64,000 nt of DNA, taken from positions 96,001 to 160,000 of the forward strand of contig JAVRCV020000071.1 of the NCBI GenBank assembly GCA_034530615.2. The letters run 5' to 3'. Every line of letters starts with the position of its first letter. The first letter of the stretch is position 1. Shown here piece by piece: positions 21,363 through 31,265 of the stretch. The stretch comes from Aulosira sp. ZfuVER01. GTDB lineage: Bacteria > Cyanobacteriota > Cyanobacteriia > Cyanobacteriales > Nostocaceae. The notes under the pieces were generated by a model. It saw only the letters and a program-made list of their open reading frames with translations, had not been told where the DNA came from and did no database searches. The position numbers and the translations under genes were made by a program.

Positions 21363-21490
21363 TAAGTAGGTAGGTAGAAAATTTATAACTATGTCATTGC
21401 GAACGGAGCGCAGCGAAGTCAAGCAATCGCAAGGGTTTTGAAATTTTTACTTTTGTTATATAGTTAGGTTTATTTGTGCCTACCTACTTA
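21363..21490. mobile_element. MITE-like element (TAAGTAG-ended family)
   Basis: Perfect 12-bp TIR TAAGTAGGTAGG / CCTACCTACTTA with internal GTCATTGCGAACGGAGCGCAGCGAAG. Confidence 0.75.
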
Positions 21491-21520
21491 CTACAACACA
21501 AGCTATTTAACTAGCAATAC

Positions 21521-22393
21521 TTAGCTTTGAGATAGTGTTTGCCACTGTTTATAACATTGCATTGACATGTTATGACGATAATGTTTGAATTGCATAATAT
21601 CTCTAAACCCAGCACACTCTCCTTGAAACTGCCCCCAGCGTTTAACTTTGATTCCTAGAGATAGCCTAGACACTAAAGTTCGTACTTGCTTAATTAACTT
21701 GAGTTGCTGAGGTACAAACCAATCATTCCACAGCACATTGTTTCTAGCTCCGTAGAAGTCCATACGATGCCAGTTACGTCCTGTGTTGGAAGCAGTATGA
21801 TGAATCAAAAATTGAGGAAAGTGATAGCAATACCAACTCTGTTGAAAAGCTCTGGCGGCAATTTCTATTTCTTCACCTTGGTGAATTAGTTCTTCACAGT
21901 AACCGCCTAATTGGATAAACCTTTCACGATGGAGAAGATGTCCACAACCTACGAAACCTCTAACTTGGTAGGGGTGAGTACCAAAAGACTGGTTTTGGTA
22001 CTTTGCAAGTACAGGGTTATAGATTGGAAAGCTAAGGCATAATAACTTATCTAGCGATTCAGCAAATGCGATCGCAGCTTCTAAAGAACCAGATACAGGA
22101 TAAGAGTCATCATCTAGACTTAGGTAGTATTTAGTCTGAATTTCCTGTGCTATCTGGTTACGACGGACAATCAAACCTTTTGATTCTGTAAATCGCTTGA
22201 GTTTAATTTGAAGTGATAAATCTGAAAGACTAAAAGGACAAGTTTCGTCAGAAGCATCATCAAAAATCAGTATAGGTAATGCTCCTAAACCTACTTCCTT
22301 AATTTTGGTAAGTGTATTTTTTAAATCCTGCCAGCGATTCTTAGTTGTAATGCCAATTGATACTAAGTCTGCTAAATTTTGAGTTATGGTCAT
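21521..22393 (-). CDS. Glycosyltransferase family 2
   Basis: SIGITTKNR, FDDASD, LDDDS and GEE. Confidence 0.85.
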   Translation of the reverse strand: MTITQNLADLVSIGITTKNRWQDLKNTLTKIKEVGLGALPILIFDDASDETCPFSLSDLSLQIKLKRFTESKGLIVRRNQIAQEIQTKYYLSLDDDSYPVSGSLEAAIAFAESLDKLLCLSFPIYNPVLAKYQNQSFGTHPYQVRGFVGCGHLLHRERFIQLGGYCEELIHQGEEIEIAARAFQQSWYCYHFPQFLIHHTASNTGRNWHRMDFYGARNNVLWNDWFVPQQLKLIKQVRTLVSRLSLGIKVKRWGQFQGECAGFRDIMQFKHYRHNMSMQCYKQWQTLSQS

Positions 22394-22971
22394 TGCTCGC
22401 TTCGATATTTAATGACTCTAGCTGGAACTCCAGCTACTATCGCCTTTTCTGGTAAGTCTTTGGTAACTACACTACCTGCACCCACAACGGTGTCATTACC
22501 AATAGTCACACCTTTAAGAATAGTGACATTAGCGCCAATCCAAACACGATCGCCTATTTGTGTAGGTTTGGCAATCATTGGTTGCTTCAAAGGTGGTAAA
22601 GTTAGGTCCATACCATGATCGTGGTCAGTAATGTAACAACCAGGACCAATAGCACAGTGATTGCCAATCTTTAGCGATAGATGAGCGTCGAGGAAAGTGT
22701 TGCGGTTAATGTAAGTGTGAGCACCAATATAAATTTTGGGATGTGGTTGAGGCTCACCGCTACAGAGAATTACTACACCGCGATCGAGGGCACAAGCACT
22801 CTCAATTTCAATATCTGCAAAATTGCTAGGTATTTCTATCTGCCGCATCCAGACATAACCATGCAAATTAACTCCCAATGATTGATAGTAAAAATTTCTC
22901 CAACGAGATGTTAGCCCTTGAATAGCTCTGTTGAGCATAAAAAATCCATTACTCATCAAGCGCTTTATCAC
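22390..22971 (-). CDS. LbH acyltransferase
   Basis: ITDHDH, hexapeptide repeats VWIGANVTILKGVTIG, and GVPAR. Confidence 0.9.
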   Translation of the reverse strand: MIKRLMSNGFFMLNRAIQGLTSRWRNFYYQSLGVNLHGYVWMRQIEIPSNFADIEIESACALDRGVVILCSGEPQPHPKIYIGAHTYINRNTFLDAHLSLKIGNHCAIGPGCYITDHDHGMDLTLPPLKQPMIAKPTQIGDRVWIGANVTILKGVTIGNDTVVGAGSVVTKDLPEKAIVAGVPARVIKYRSEQ

Positions 22972-23023
22972 TCATCTTTACCTAATATCAACTAATTTTT
23001 TAATGTTTTATTAAGTCAAACAT

Positions 23024-23220
23024 CCTATTCTAAATTTTGAGATTGGTAATTATCATAATTGGCCCAATACCTTTGAAATAATCCGTTTAAGTAGTATATG
23101 CAGGGTAGGCAGTGCCCACTAAAAACCAGATCTGGTGGGTACTGCCCACCCTACTCTAAATTTTGAAATTAGTAATTATCGTGATTGGCTCAATACCTTT
23201 GAAATAATCCGTTTAAGTAG
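23024..23220. repeat. 71-bp direct duplication flanking a REP-like palindrome
   Basis: 23024-23094 and 23150-23220 match at 65/71. GGGTAGGCAGTGCCCAC...GTGGGTACTGCCCACCC lies between them. Confidence 0.9.
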
Positions 23221-23909
23221 AAACCACTCAAAAAATGAGATGCCATTATCCGATTAGTTTTTGTGAAAAAAGAATGGATAGGGGATATTGCTTGCCCTTG
23301 ATTTTCAGCTAATTCCCAACTAGCTACTAAATCAACTTTTATAGGCTGCCAGCCAGTGGCTTTTGTCATATCCATAAAGGAGTAATAGTTAAAGTAGCCT
23401 ATATGACCCCATGTTTCTCTTTGATTGGAGTAGTTGTTATGGCGAAAAGTTGAGAAATTATCAAGTAATGGTTGGCGTACAATTATATATCTACTGTTAT
23501 CACGAGCAATCCGCAGCATTTCCCAAGGATTCTCTAGATGCTCCAGCACATCTATAAATAAAACTACATCAAACGGGCCATCTGAAGACTCAAAAAATTT
23601 CTGGTGCAAGTCAAGGTTAGGGAAAAGTTCCCGACCAGCTTTGACAGCATAGGGAGATATTTCAAAGCCTACTGCATCAACTGCCAGATTTTGATAGTTC
23701 TGTGTTAACTGTTTTACAGTTTCTACAACTACGCCACCTACGCCAGCACCGACATCAGCTATCCTGAGTACATCACTATTAATTGATGCGATCGCAGCCT
23801 TTAGAGCAGGCATGATATCTCTGACTTTATAAGTTGCATCATCAAGGTGCCAATCTCGATGCCTCAGTCCATACTCTCCACTTGTATATAAATTTATTGC
23901 CTCAACCAT
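23190..23909 (-). CDS. Class I SAM-dependent methyltransferase
   Basis: DVGAGVG, GFEIS and DVLEHL. Confidence 0.85.
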   Translation of the reverse strand: MVEAINLYTSGEYGLRHRDWHLDDATYKVRDIMPALKAAIASINSDVLRIADVGAGVGGVVVETVKQLTQNYQNLAVDAVGFEISPYAVKAGRELFPNLDLHQKFFESSDGPFDVVLFIDVLEHLENPWEMLRIARDNSRYIIVRQPLLDNFSTFRHNNYSNQRETWGHIGYFNYYSFMDMTKATGWQPIKVDLVASWELAENQGQAISPIHSFFTKTNRIMASHFLSGFYLNGLFQRY

Positions 23910-24872
23910 TTAAGTTTTCACCTCATAATAAGTGTTTTTATAAAATGCTAATATCAGTTGTGAAATAGCAGCTAATTTACCAAATAATAGCGCTGGTAAT
24001 TTAATCCAACCTTGCACTGAAATCATAAATGCAATAATCCCAAAAATTTCAATAACCACTAACTTAAAATAATCAATGGGTGTTCGCCTTTCCAAAATGC
24101 AAGTCATAACATAGTGACGGTTAATCAACTCCATTTTGGCAAGAACACTAGGATTATTCTTATGATCTCCAGGTTGACTGTCATGAAAAATTTGGGCGGT
24201 GCGAGCATTTGCTAATTTCCAATTTTTGCCTACCATCAGAGAAAGAGCCACGTCTTCCATCAGGGAATATCCCGTAAAGTTAGGGGGAAACAAGGGTTGA
24301 GGAAGTGCTTCTTGCCGATAAAGTGTGCAGGTTGTGTTGAGCCACTCTACAGGGACAACTTCGGGTAAGCTAGGATTATCCTCTGGTAACAAATTGAGTG
24401 CTGGACCTATGCATTTACCAGCATAGCTATTCTCTGAACGACCATGTAAAAAATGAAACAGCAGACGGCTCACTCGGCCGGGGGATAAGTAGCGCTGATT
24501 AACGATCATGGCGTTAACACCACCAATGTGTGAATCGCTTTGCAGTGCAGACCAAAGTCTTGCTAAACACTCTGGCTGCAATAGAATGTCATCATCCATT
24601 AACCAAATCACCGTTTGAGTGGCATAAGCTAGAGCTTGATTGCGTTGAGTTGCGGCTCCAATCTCAGTAGCTCGGTAGTATCTTATTTGAGTTATTAGTT
24701 CAGGAATGTGGCTCTGACAAAGTTGCTGAGTTTGGTTATCTTCAGAGCCATCAATCACAATCATTTCTGTTGGCTGTGCTGACTGTTGAGCAAGGCTTTG
24801 GAGCGTTTTAGCAAATACAACAGGACGGTGACGAGTAGGAATAAGAGCAGAGATAGGAAGCTGAATCGTCAT
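23910..24872 (-). CDS. Glycosyltransferase family 2
   Basis: LIPTRHR, IDGS, QRN, MDDDI and ED. Confidence 0.85.
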   Translation of the reverse strand: MTIQLPISALIPTRHRPVVFAKTLQSLAQQSAQPTEMIVIDGSEDNQTQQLCQSHIPELITQIRYYRATEIGAATQRNQALAYATQTVIWLMDDDILLQPECLARLWSALQSDSHIGGVNAMIVNQRYLSPGRVSRLLFHFLHGRSENSYAGKCIGPALNLLPEDNPSLPEVVPVEWLNTTCTLYRQEALPQPLFPPNFTGYSLMEDVALSLMVGKNWKLANARTAQIFHDSQPGDHKNNPSVLAKMELINRHYVMTCILERRTPIDYFKLVVIEIFGIIAFMISVQGWIKLPALLFGKLAAISQLILAFYKNTYYEVKT

Positions 24873-24915
24873 CTAGCTAGTGTGTAAAAATATTTTTTAA
24901 GAGTAATTGAAAGCG

Positions 24916-26139
24916 CTAAATTTTGAAGTCGATTTGTTTAAATAATTGTTCAAATCGCCTTTTCCAAGTGTGGTCGCGCAAGGCTCTTTGATAACCTGCT
25001 TCTCGTAATTTTTCTGCTTGTGATAAGTGGTGGAGGTAAAACCGCATCTTATCTAGCAACTCATCAGGATAACGGTAAGTGTCAATCTCCTTACCTAGTT
25101 GATAAAATTCTGCAATCTCATCTGTATAGCCTGTTAAATAGCAAGTGCGACACATTGGAGCTTCAAAATCTCGCAAGCGCACATGGGGAATTAACTTTGA
25201 ACCAGGAAACCCATCTGACCAAACATCGCTGAGATTCATAATTACTTCATACTGCGCAAATGTTTGGCTAATATTCTTAGCAAAACCACAAGCAGCAGTA
25301 GTAAGTATAGGGGCTAATTGGCGGCTTTGATGTCGATAGTATACCTGCTTAATAATTCGCTGAATTCCTGTAATAATTCCTTGATTTTTTATATGACTCC
25401 AAGCTGTTTGAGCATAACTTTTCAGGCTACCTGGCTGTTGTAATTGCCGTCCTAAATACTCAGTTTGTGGTTGCTCTAGGGGCTGTAAAGAACTTTTGAC
25501 AAGTGCAGCACTACTCCAGCCACTACCATAAATATCCAAAGGAATTTGATTTTCTATCAATGTGGCGAGGAGGCGATTACGGTTTGCATAACGCTGACCC
25601 ACAAAACAAGCTTTAGCCTGACGGGTTGAGCTTTTTATAGGATGATAAATTTTTGGGTCTGCACCCATTTGTACCCAAATTGGGTTAGCACCAACTTGAA
25701 GATAGAGTGATCGCGCTGCTTTTTCTGGATGCCAAGAAAATTGAACTTTAGTAGCAATTTCTGCAACTAATTCAAATTGGTAAATACTATTGCAGTAAAA
25801 GTTAACTGTTGGAATCCCCAACCGATGAATTTCTGCAAAACCTTCTGGTTCAAAGTGGGAATTATAGAAGTAGCTCAAGAATAAATCAACACGTTCTTGG
25901 AGATGAGCTTGTCGCACTTCATCTACAATCTTCTGAGTAATTTGAGAGCGAACTTCTTGCTCTTGTTTTGTGAAGTTAGTAGGAATTTGCATAAACTGAC
26001 TGGCTGGGAGTAAATCAACTTGTGACTCAACAATTTGATGCCCCAGTTGTCGTAGCGCTGGATAAAAGTTCCCACTCCATAATCCACCGTAGTAAAATTC
26101 AGGATTAATTGAGTGACGTACAGCAGTAAAAATTCGCAT
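24916..26139 (-). CDS. CgeB-like glycosyltransferase (Glyco_trans_1_2)
   Basis: FVGQRY, RLRDFEAPM, GYQRALRDHTW. Confidence 0.8.
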   Translation of the reverse strand: MRIFTAVRHSINPEFYYGGLWSGNFYPALRQLGHQIVESQVDLLPASQFMQIPTNFTKQEQEVRSQITQKIVDEVRQAHLQERVDLFLSYFYNSHFEPEGFAEIHRLGIPTVNFYCNSIYQFELVAEIATKVQFSWHPEKAARSLYLQVGANPIWVQMGADPKIYHPIKSSTRQAKACFVGQRYANRNRLLATLIENQIPLDIYGSGWSSAALVKSSLQPLEQPQTEYLGRQLQQPGSLKSYAQTAWSHIKNQGIITGIQRIIKQVYYRHQSRQLAPILTTAACGFAKNISQTFAQYEVIMNLSDVWSDGFPGSKLIPHVRLRDFEAPMCRTCYLTGYTDEIAEFYQLGKEIDTYRYPDELLDKMRFYLHHLSQAEKLREAGYQRALRDHTWKRRFEQLFKQIDFKI

Positions 26140-26142
26140 CTT

Positions 26143-27027
26143 TTAACCAAATTCTGCAAGACGTTCCTCTGGAAGCATAATTATGTTGGCATAAGGACTT
26201 AGCCAAATATCTTCCGTTACAGAAACGAAACGTTTTGTTGACATATCAAACATTTTTAATAGATATGAATATTTCTTAGCCAAGTTCTTTAAATCTTTAG
26301 GAGTTGCTCCAAAGCTTGGCCATGTATTAGTTCCATACTCTGTGATTATCACAGGTCTGAAAGTAGACAATACATTAGTTGCAGAATTTAATACATCTAA
26401 CTCTGCACCTTCAATGTCAATCTTCACAAGATCTACTTTAGGTAAACATTGTTCATGTACAATATCATCCAAGGTCTGACCTAAGACTTTGAAAGACTCA
26501 ATAGAGCCACCACTGACTAGTTTCCCTTTTCGTAAACTGGAGTAAACATCACCTCCTTCAACTGGCATAAAAAGATCAACTTCGCCTCTTTGGCTTGTAA
26601 GAGCGCAGTGAATTGGAATTCCCAACTGATTTAATTTTAAATTGCGCTCCAACAAAGAAAAGGTAATAGGGTTTGCTTCAATAGAAATTACTTTGCCTGC
26701 TTCACCTACTAATTTGCCTGCTTCAATTGAAAAGTAGCCTATGTTAGCTCCACAATCAATAAAGTAATCTCCTGGCTTTAAAAAATAGCGCAAAGCTAAC
26801 CGAACATCTGGTTCGTATTGATCAACACCAGGATAAAAGCAGTGCGTAAAAGAATGACCAGGCTCTAACAGTAAAATGCCACCATTGGGTAAATGATGTA
26901 GCAGGGACTTACTAGGATTAAGCGACCAGTAGCATTGGCTGTAAAAACTGCGGGCTACTAACTTAGCACTCACCTCAGCGGCCGCGGGGTCAGTAAAACA
27001 CTTTTTTAGAAATCTCCAGATATTCAT
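26143..27027 (-). CDS. FkbM-family methyltransferase
   Basis: DCGANIG, EAN and KIDIEGAE. Confidence 0.9.
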   Translation of the reverse strand: MNIWRFLKKCFTDPAAAEVSAKLVARSFYSQCYWSLNPSKSLLHHLPNGGILLLEPGHSFTHCFYPGVDQYEPDVRLALRYFLKPGDYFIDCGANIGYFSIEAGKLVGEAGKVISIEANPITFSLLERNLKLNQLGIPIHCALTSQRGEVDLFMPVEGGDVYSSLRKGKLVSGGSIESFKVLGQTLDDIVHEQCLPKVDLVKIDIEGAELDVLNSATNVLSTFRPVIITEYGTNTWPSFGATPKDLKNLAKKYSYLLKMFDMSTKRFVSVTEDIWLSPYANIIMLPEERLAEFG

Positions 27028-27041
27028 AAATTTAACTCTTA

Positions 27042-28019
27042 TTATGCCGATACAATGTGCTTTTTGAAAAACCTAACAATATTAAAATATCTTTTGGCTG
27101 AAGCTAATCTTTCAGCTATAGCAAATCCCAAGGTTCTATAGCATATCTGGTATAAGAAAGGCGCTGTTGTTTTAGATGGAATAAAATTTTTATCTCTGTT
27201 ATTTAAACTACAAATTATTTTAATTGCCCACTCTCGATCAAAATTCCAGATAATTCTAGCGCTATCAAATTTAGCCTGATTAATCAATGTTAGCATTGCA
27301 GCATTTAGACTATTAGTGTTTTCTAGATATTCTTGAGCTTGCTGAATTATTTCTAATCTACGTCTATAAGTCTCGGTTATTCTGTTCGTAGATACTGTAT
27401 TTTTGCCAAACATCCTATATACTGCACCTATTTGCTTGCAATAAGCTAATTTTTTTTGATGCATTAAACAACGAAGATATAATTCATGTTCTTGGCAGCA
27501 TGGTTGATCTAGCTTCCAGCCTCCTACTTGAAGAATTGCCTGTTTTCGCCAAAGACAACCTCCAGTTTGTGGCAACTGCCATTTAATTAAAAGTATCCAA
27601 GGATCGTGAGGTTCGGGAAGAGAATATACTATTTTTTCTGGAGGTTTGCTGTTAGGATATTCAACAATTATTGAGCTATAGATAATATCTACTTCTGACA
27701 GAGAATTTAAATATTTAACTTGTTGTTCTATTTTATCTGTCAATAGATAATCATCAGCATCTAGATACTGTAACCATTCACCTGTACTAAGTTCTAGTAA
27801 TCTGTTTCTGGCTACATTACCCCCACGATTGGGACCAGTTTCCCAACGAATGCGATCGCCAAAGCGTTTAATGATTTCTAAACTTCTATCTGTAGATCCA
27901 TCATCAACAACAATTACTTCTTTGTTGAAATAAGTTTGATTTAAAGCACTTTCTATGGCTTGAGCAATCCATCGCTCGGCATTGTAGCAGGGAATTAAAA
28001 TACTAACTTTTGGTAGCAT
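27042..28019 (-). CDS. Glycosyltransferase family 2
   Basis: IPCYN, VDDGSTD, ARN and LDADD. Confidence 0.92.
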   Translation of the reverse strand: MLPKVSILIPCYNAERWIAQAIESALNQTYFNKEVIVVDDGSTDRSLEIIKRFGDRIRWETGPNRGGNVARNRLLELSTGEWLQYLDADDYLLTDKIEQQVKYLNSLSEVDIIYSSIIVEYPNSKPPEKIVYSLPEPHDPWILLIKWQLPQTGGCLWRKQAILQVGGWKLDQPCCQEHELYLRCLMHQKKLAYCKQIGAVYRMFGKNTVSTNRITETYRRRLEIIQQAQEYLENTNSLNAAMLTLINQAKFDSARIIWNFDREWAIKIICSLNNRDKNFIPSKTTAPFLYQICYRTLGFAIAERLASAKRYFNIVRFFKKHIVSA

Positions 28020-28080
28020 GATATTTATGATAATTAAAAGCTAAATATACCCGCCTTATGTAAGTAGTCACCTTTTTTTC

Positions 28081-29178
28081 TCACGAGATGAGCATTGCCT
28101 GATAAACTTGTTGAGTTTTCCTTCCTATATTTTCCCAGTCAATGCGATCGCACGCTTTTTTAACTAATTGACTTAATATAATTAAATCGCTCTGCGTACT
28201 TTCTTTTAAAGCTTGTAGTAGCCCTTGACAATCTTCTGGATCATACAGTAACCAATCAGCTGTACTTAAGGTTTCAGAAATACCGCTGGTACGAGGTGCA
28301 ATAATTGGTTTACCATAGGACATTGCTAAAATGAGGCTTCCTGAAGTCAAAATCCTCTTAAAAGGAAGTACTATGACATCAGCTGCACTAAAAAAAAGAT
28401 GTATTTGGCTATCTTCTACAAAATCTGGATGAAGAAAAACTCTCTCTAAATTTGAGGCTTGCTCTTTAAGCTTTTGACCGTAAGCTTCATTCAATGGTTT
28501 TCCTACTATTAAGAGGCTATTTTCTTGCAAAAATTCTTTGTTGTCTTTCCAAACTTGCAGTAAGTCTTCAATCCCTTTGTAAGGTCGCAACATACCTAGG
28601 TTTAGATAAACACGCCCAGAGAGTGGAAGTCCAAGTGCTTTTCTTGCTGCTACTGGATCGATTAAACTATCGTAAACTTCCCGATAATGCCCGTGGGGAA
28701 TAACCTCAGTTTTTAAAGCGTTAACTTTATAGGTTTGAGCAATATCTTCTAAAGCTGAAGATTGGTGAACAATAATTTGATCTACTAGTTTCAGTAAAAT
28801 TCGTTGAGTCCACATCTCTAGAAGGGGAAACTGGGAATCATGAGAAATTTGATTGTGGATTGTCCAAACTACTTTTACCCCAGCCCATTTAGTAAGTACA
28901 ATATCAATTAACAATTTGATGCTATAAACAAGTTTGCTGAGGCTATTTTTTCCTTTAAGGTAAGGGCTTAGCCAATGAATATGTAAGATATCTATTTGAT
29001 TTGCGTTAGTTTTAACAACTCTGAAAATGGGAAATACTCGACGATAACCTGTAGGAAATAATACTTCTACTCCTTGACTTTGCAATACTTTCGCCAAGAG
29101 TGTTTGATAGGGGTTATCAACTCGGTAATCTGGCATCATCAAAACCCGTAAAGGTTCTATTGAAGTATTAAAACTCAT
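28081..29178 (-). CDS. Glycosyltransferase family 4
   Basis: IPHGHY, GMLRPYKG and TSGSLILAMS. Confidence 0.88.
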   Translation of the reverse strand: MSFNTSIEPLRVLMMPDYRVDNPYQTLLAKVLQSQGVEVLFPTGYRRVFPIFRVVKTNANQIDILHIHWLSPYLKGKNSLSKLVYSIKLLIDIVLTKWAGVKVVWTIHNQISHDSQFPLLEMWTQRILLKLVDQIIVHQSSALEDIAQTYKVNALKTEVIPHGHYREVYDSLIDPVAARKALGLPLSGRVYLNLGMLRPYKGIEDLLQVWKDNKEFLQENSLLIVGKPLNEAYGQKLKEQASNLERVFLHPDFVEDSQIHLFFSAADVIVLPFKRILTSGSLILAMSYGKPIIAPRTSGISETLSTADWLLYDPEDCQGLLQALKESTQSDLIILSQLVKKACDRIDWENIGRKTQQVYQAMLIS

Positions 29179-29229
29179 GGCTGCAACTCTTTGAAGAATC
29201 GCTGCGTTACTAAATGTTGAATACCTTCG

Positions 29230-29319
29230 CTATACATTAACCGTATCTCGGTAGTGATCACTCCAGAAACCATGTTGATATTTTTCCTGGATTTTGAGTA
29301 CCAAAGAACCAAGGGACAT
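29230..29319 (-). pseudogene. Short translationally coupled ORF, probable 5' stub of a deleted gene
   Basis: The ATG overlaps the upstream stop codon (TGATG). Encodes MSLGSLVLKIQEKYQHGFWSDHYRDTVNV*. Confidence 0.4.
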
Positions 29320-30383
29320 CAGTGGCTAATCCTTGTTTTAGTCAATCCCAAAGCTTGGCGAAACATTCCCCATGTTGCGCGATGAGACAAATATGATGGA
29401 TGCTGAACGAGCATACGCGAGGTTTCTGTAATAAATTTACCTACCTGCCTAGTTTCATAAAAGCTGGCAACCTTGCGTAAATCCATAAAAAACTTGCACT
29501 CCGAAATCTTGTGTTTTACGTAGATCTGATCCTGTATGGATAACTTAGGTAGAAATTTGGGGATAATTTGGAAGTCTTCTTCTCTAAAAAGGCCCAGCCT
29601 ACCTTTGGAGACAGTTTTACTCTGGCTATGTAAACGAGCTTGGGCTAATACATCTGGGATAATTTTGGGCGTAATGTTGTCTACTAGCAATCGCATATTA
29701 AATTCCGAATCCATGCAGTAATGTAAAGATTCATCAAAGAACCCGTAGTTCTTCAAAATTTTGGTTGACATGAAATTTGAAACCTGAATTGCAACACCTC
29801 TAATAGGGCCTTCCCAACGGATTAAGGCCTCCTTCACGCCAGAAAATGCTGAGGGAATCAGTCGTTCTAAAACAACACCAATTTCATTAATATATTCTGC
29901 ATACCCAGTAACCCAATATATGCTTGAATCTTGTTTAAATTGAGCAGCAACTTTCTGAAATGTTCCCTTTTCATACCTATCATCACTATTTATGTATGCC
30001 CAGATATCTCCAGAAACTTTCTTCAAACCTTTGTTAATAGCATGGCTTTGCCCATTGTCTTTTTCACTCACCCAGTAGCTAAGATAATTAGCATACTTTT
30101 GAATAATTTCTATACTGTTGTCAGTGCTACCCCCATCAATAATGATATATTCCAAATTTGGATAGTTTTGTAAAATTACAGAGCGAATAGTTTCTTCTAA
30201 AAATTGACCCTGGTTATAAGAAGGTGTAATAATACTAATTTTTGGATAAAAATCGATATCAAGCTCTGAGTTAGATAAATTCTCTGTTTCTTGATTCCAC
30301 GGAAAACCACTTTTTCCGTCCGGAGGCGGAGGTAGTTTTGATAGCAGTCCATTAAACATATTGTTGTTCAAATCCATAGACAT
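29319..30383 (-). CDS. Glycosyltransferase family 2 (WcaE-like)
   Basis: LPPPP..K.G.PW N-terminus, ITPSYNQG, IDGGSTD, GQSHAINKG and NSDD. Confidence 0.92.
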   Translation of the reverse strand: MSMDLNNNMFNGLLSKLPPPPDGKSGFPWNQETENLSNSELDIDFYPKISIITPSYNQGQFLEETIRSVILQNYPNLEYIIIDGGSTDNSIEIIQKYANYLSYWVSEKDNGQSHAINKGLKKVSGDIWAYINSDDRYEKGTFQKVAAQFKQDSSIYWVTGYAEYINEIGVVLERLIPSAFSGVKEALIRWEGPIRGVAIQVSNFMSTKILKNYGFFDESLHYCMDSEFNMRLLVDNITPKIIPDVLAQARLHSQSKTVSKGRLGLFREEDFQIIPKFLPKLSIQDQIYVKHKISECKFFMDLRKVASFYETRQVGKFITETSRMLVQHPSYLSHRATWGMFRQALGLTKTRISH

Positions 30384-30419
30384 TTTTTAAAATATCAATA
30401 ATGAGGTTTATCTGTTTAG

Positions 30420-30745
30420 CTTCTTAATACCCAAGTTTTAGCTCTATTCTAAGAAATTTCGAGAATGAAAAAGGTATGGATGACAAAGCATAGTTACACC
30501 AATTTAACCCAGCAATTTAAGTGGTTTTGTTGATTCAATACAGAGATTTGTATTTGATTTAATAACAAATTCTGGTATAACCAATTTCTATTTAACTTTA
30601 GTCCTTGGCTAGAATAAAGAGGTGAATCTTGTAAGTAATCCGAGGTAATGCAAAAATATCAAATATTTTTACTGAGGAAGTATGTTGCTCTTCAGTCCAA
30701 GGTTAACCTACTTTATTAGGTAAAGATTGAGGTAGTTTATAGAAC
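30420..30745 (-). pseudogene. Degraded GT2 paralog remnant
   Basis: The minus strand reads KLPQSLPNKVG*PWTEEQ...LPRIT with a stop at 30703-30705, matching the N-terminus of the adjacent GT2 (KLPPPPDGKSGFPWNQE...YPKIS). The frame is disrupted afterwards and the 3' boundary is approximate. Confidence 0.65.
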
Positions 30746-30746
30746 T

Positions 30747-31265
30747 TTATTTGCATACTTCTAGCTGTCGAAATTTATAATGTTTGGCAGGACTACCAAA
30801 AACGATTGAATATGGTTTAACATCTTTAGTCACAACTGAATTAGCTCCAATGACAGCCCCTTTACCGATAGTCACACCAGGTAAGATCATTGAATGTGTG
30901 CCAATCCAAACATCATCTTCAATCACTACAGTTTTTAGAATACTGGTCTGGTGCATATCCTCTTGGTGATAATCATGGGTAACTGAGGTAATAGCAGTAT
31001 GAGAGCCAATCATGACACGATCGCCAATTTGAATTCCACCTTGGCACCACATATGTACATAAGTTCCAACTGAAACTTGGTTACCAATTTCAAGATTGCT
31101 GGGTCTGCTAATATAAAATGGAAAGAAAAAGTTGCATCCTTCTCCATAGCTTTTTAATTGTTTTATCAGGGTATCTTTTTGACTTTCAAGCAGATATTCA
31201 TTAATTTTTTTAAAAATTTTAATTCGGATAGGAATGATTAATTCTCTGAGTTTTTTAGCCAGCAT
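30747..31265 (-). CDS. LbH acyltransferase
   Basis: SVTHDY, VWIG...ILPGVTIGKGAVIGANSVV and GSPAK. Confidence 0.9.
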   Translation of the reverse strand: MLAKKLRELIIPIRIKIFKKINEYLLESQKDTLIKQLKSYGEGCNFFFPFYISRPSNLEIGNQVSVGTYVHMWCQGGIQIGDRVMIGSHTAITSVTHDYHQEDMHQTSILKTVVIEDDVWIGTHSMILPGVTIGKGAVIGANSVVTKDVKPYSIVFGSPAKHYKFRQLEVCK

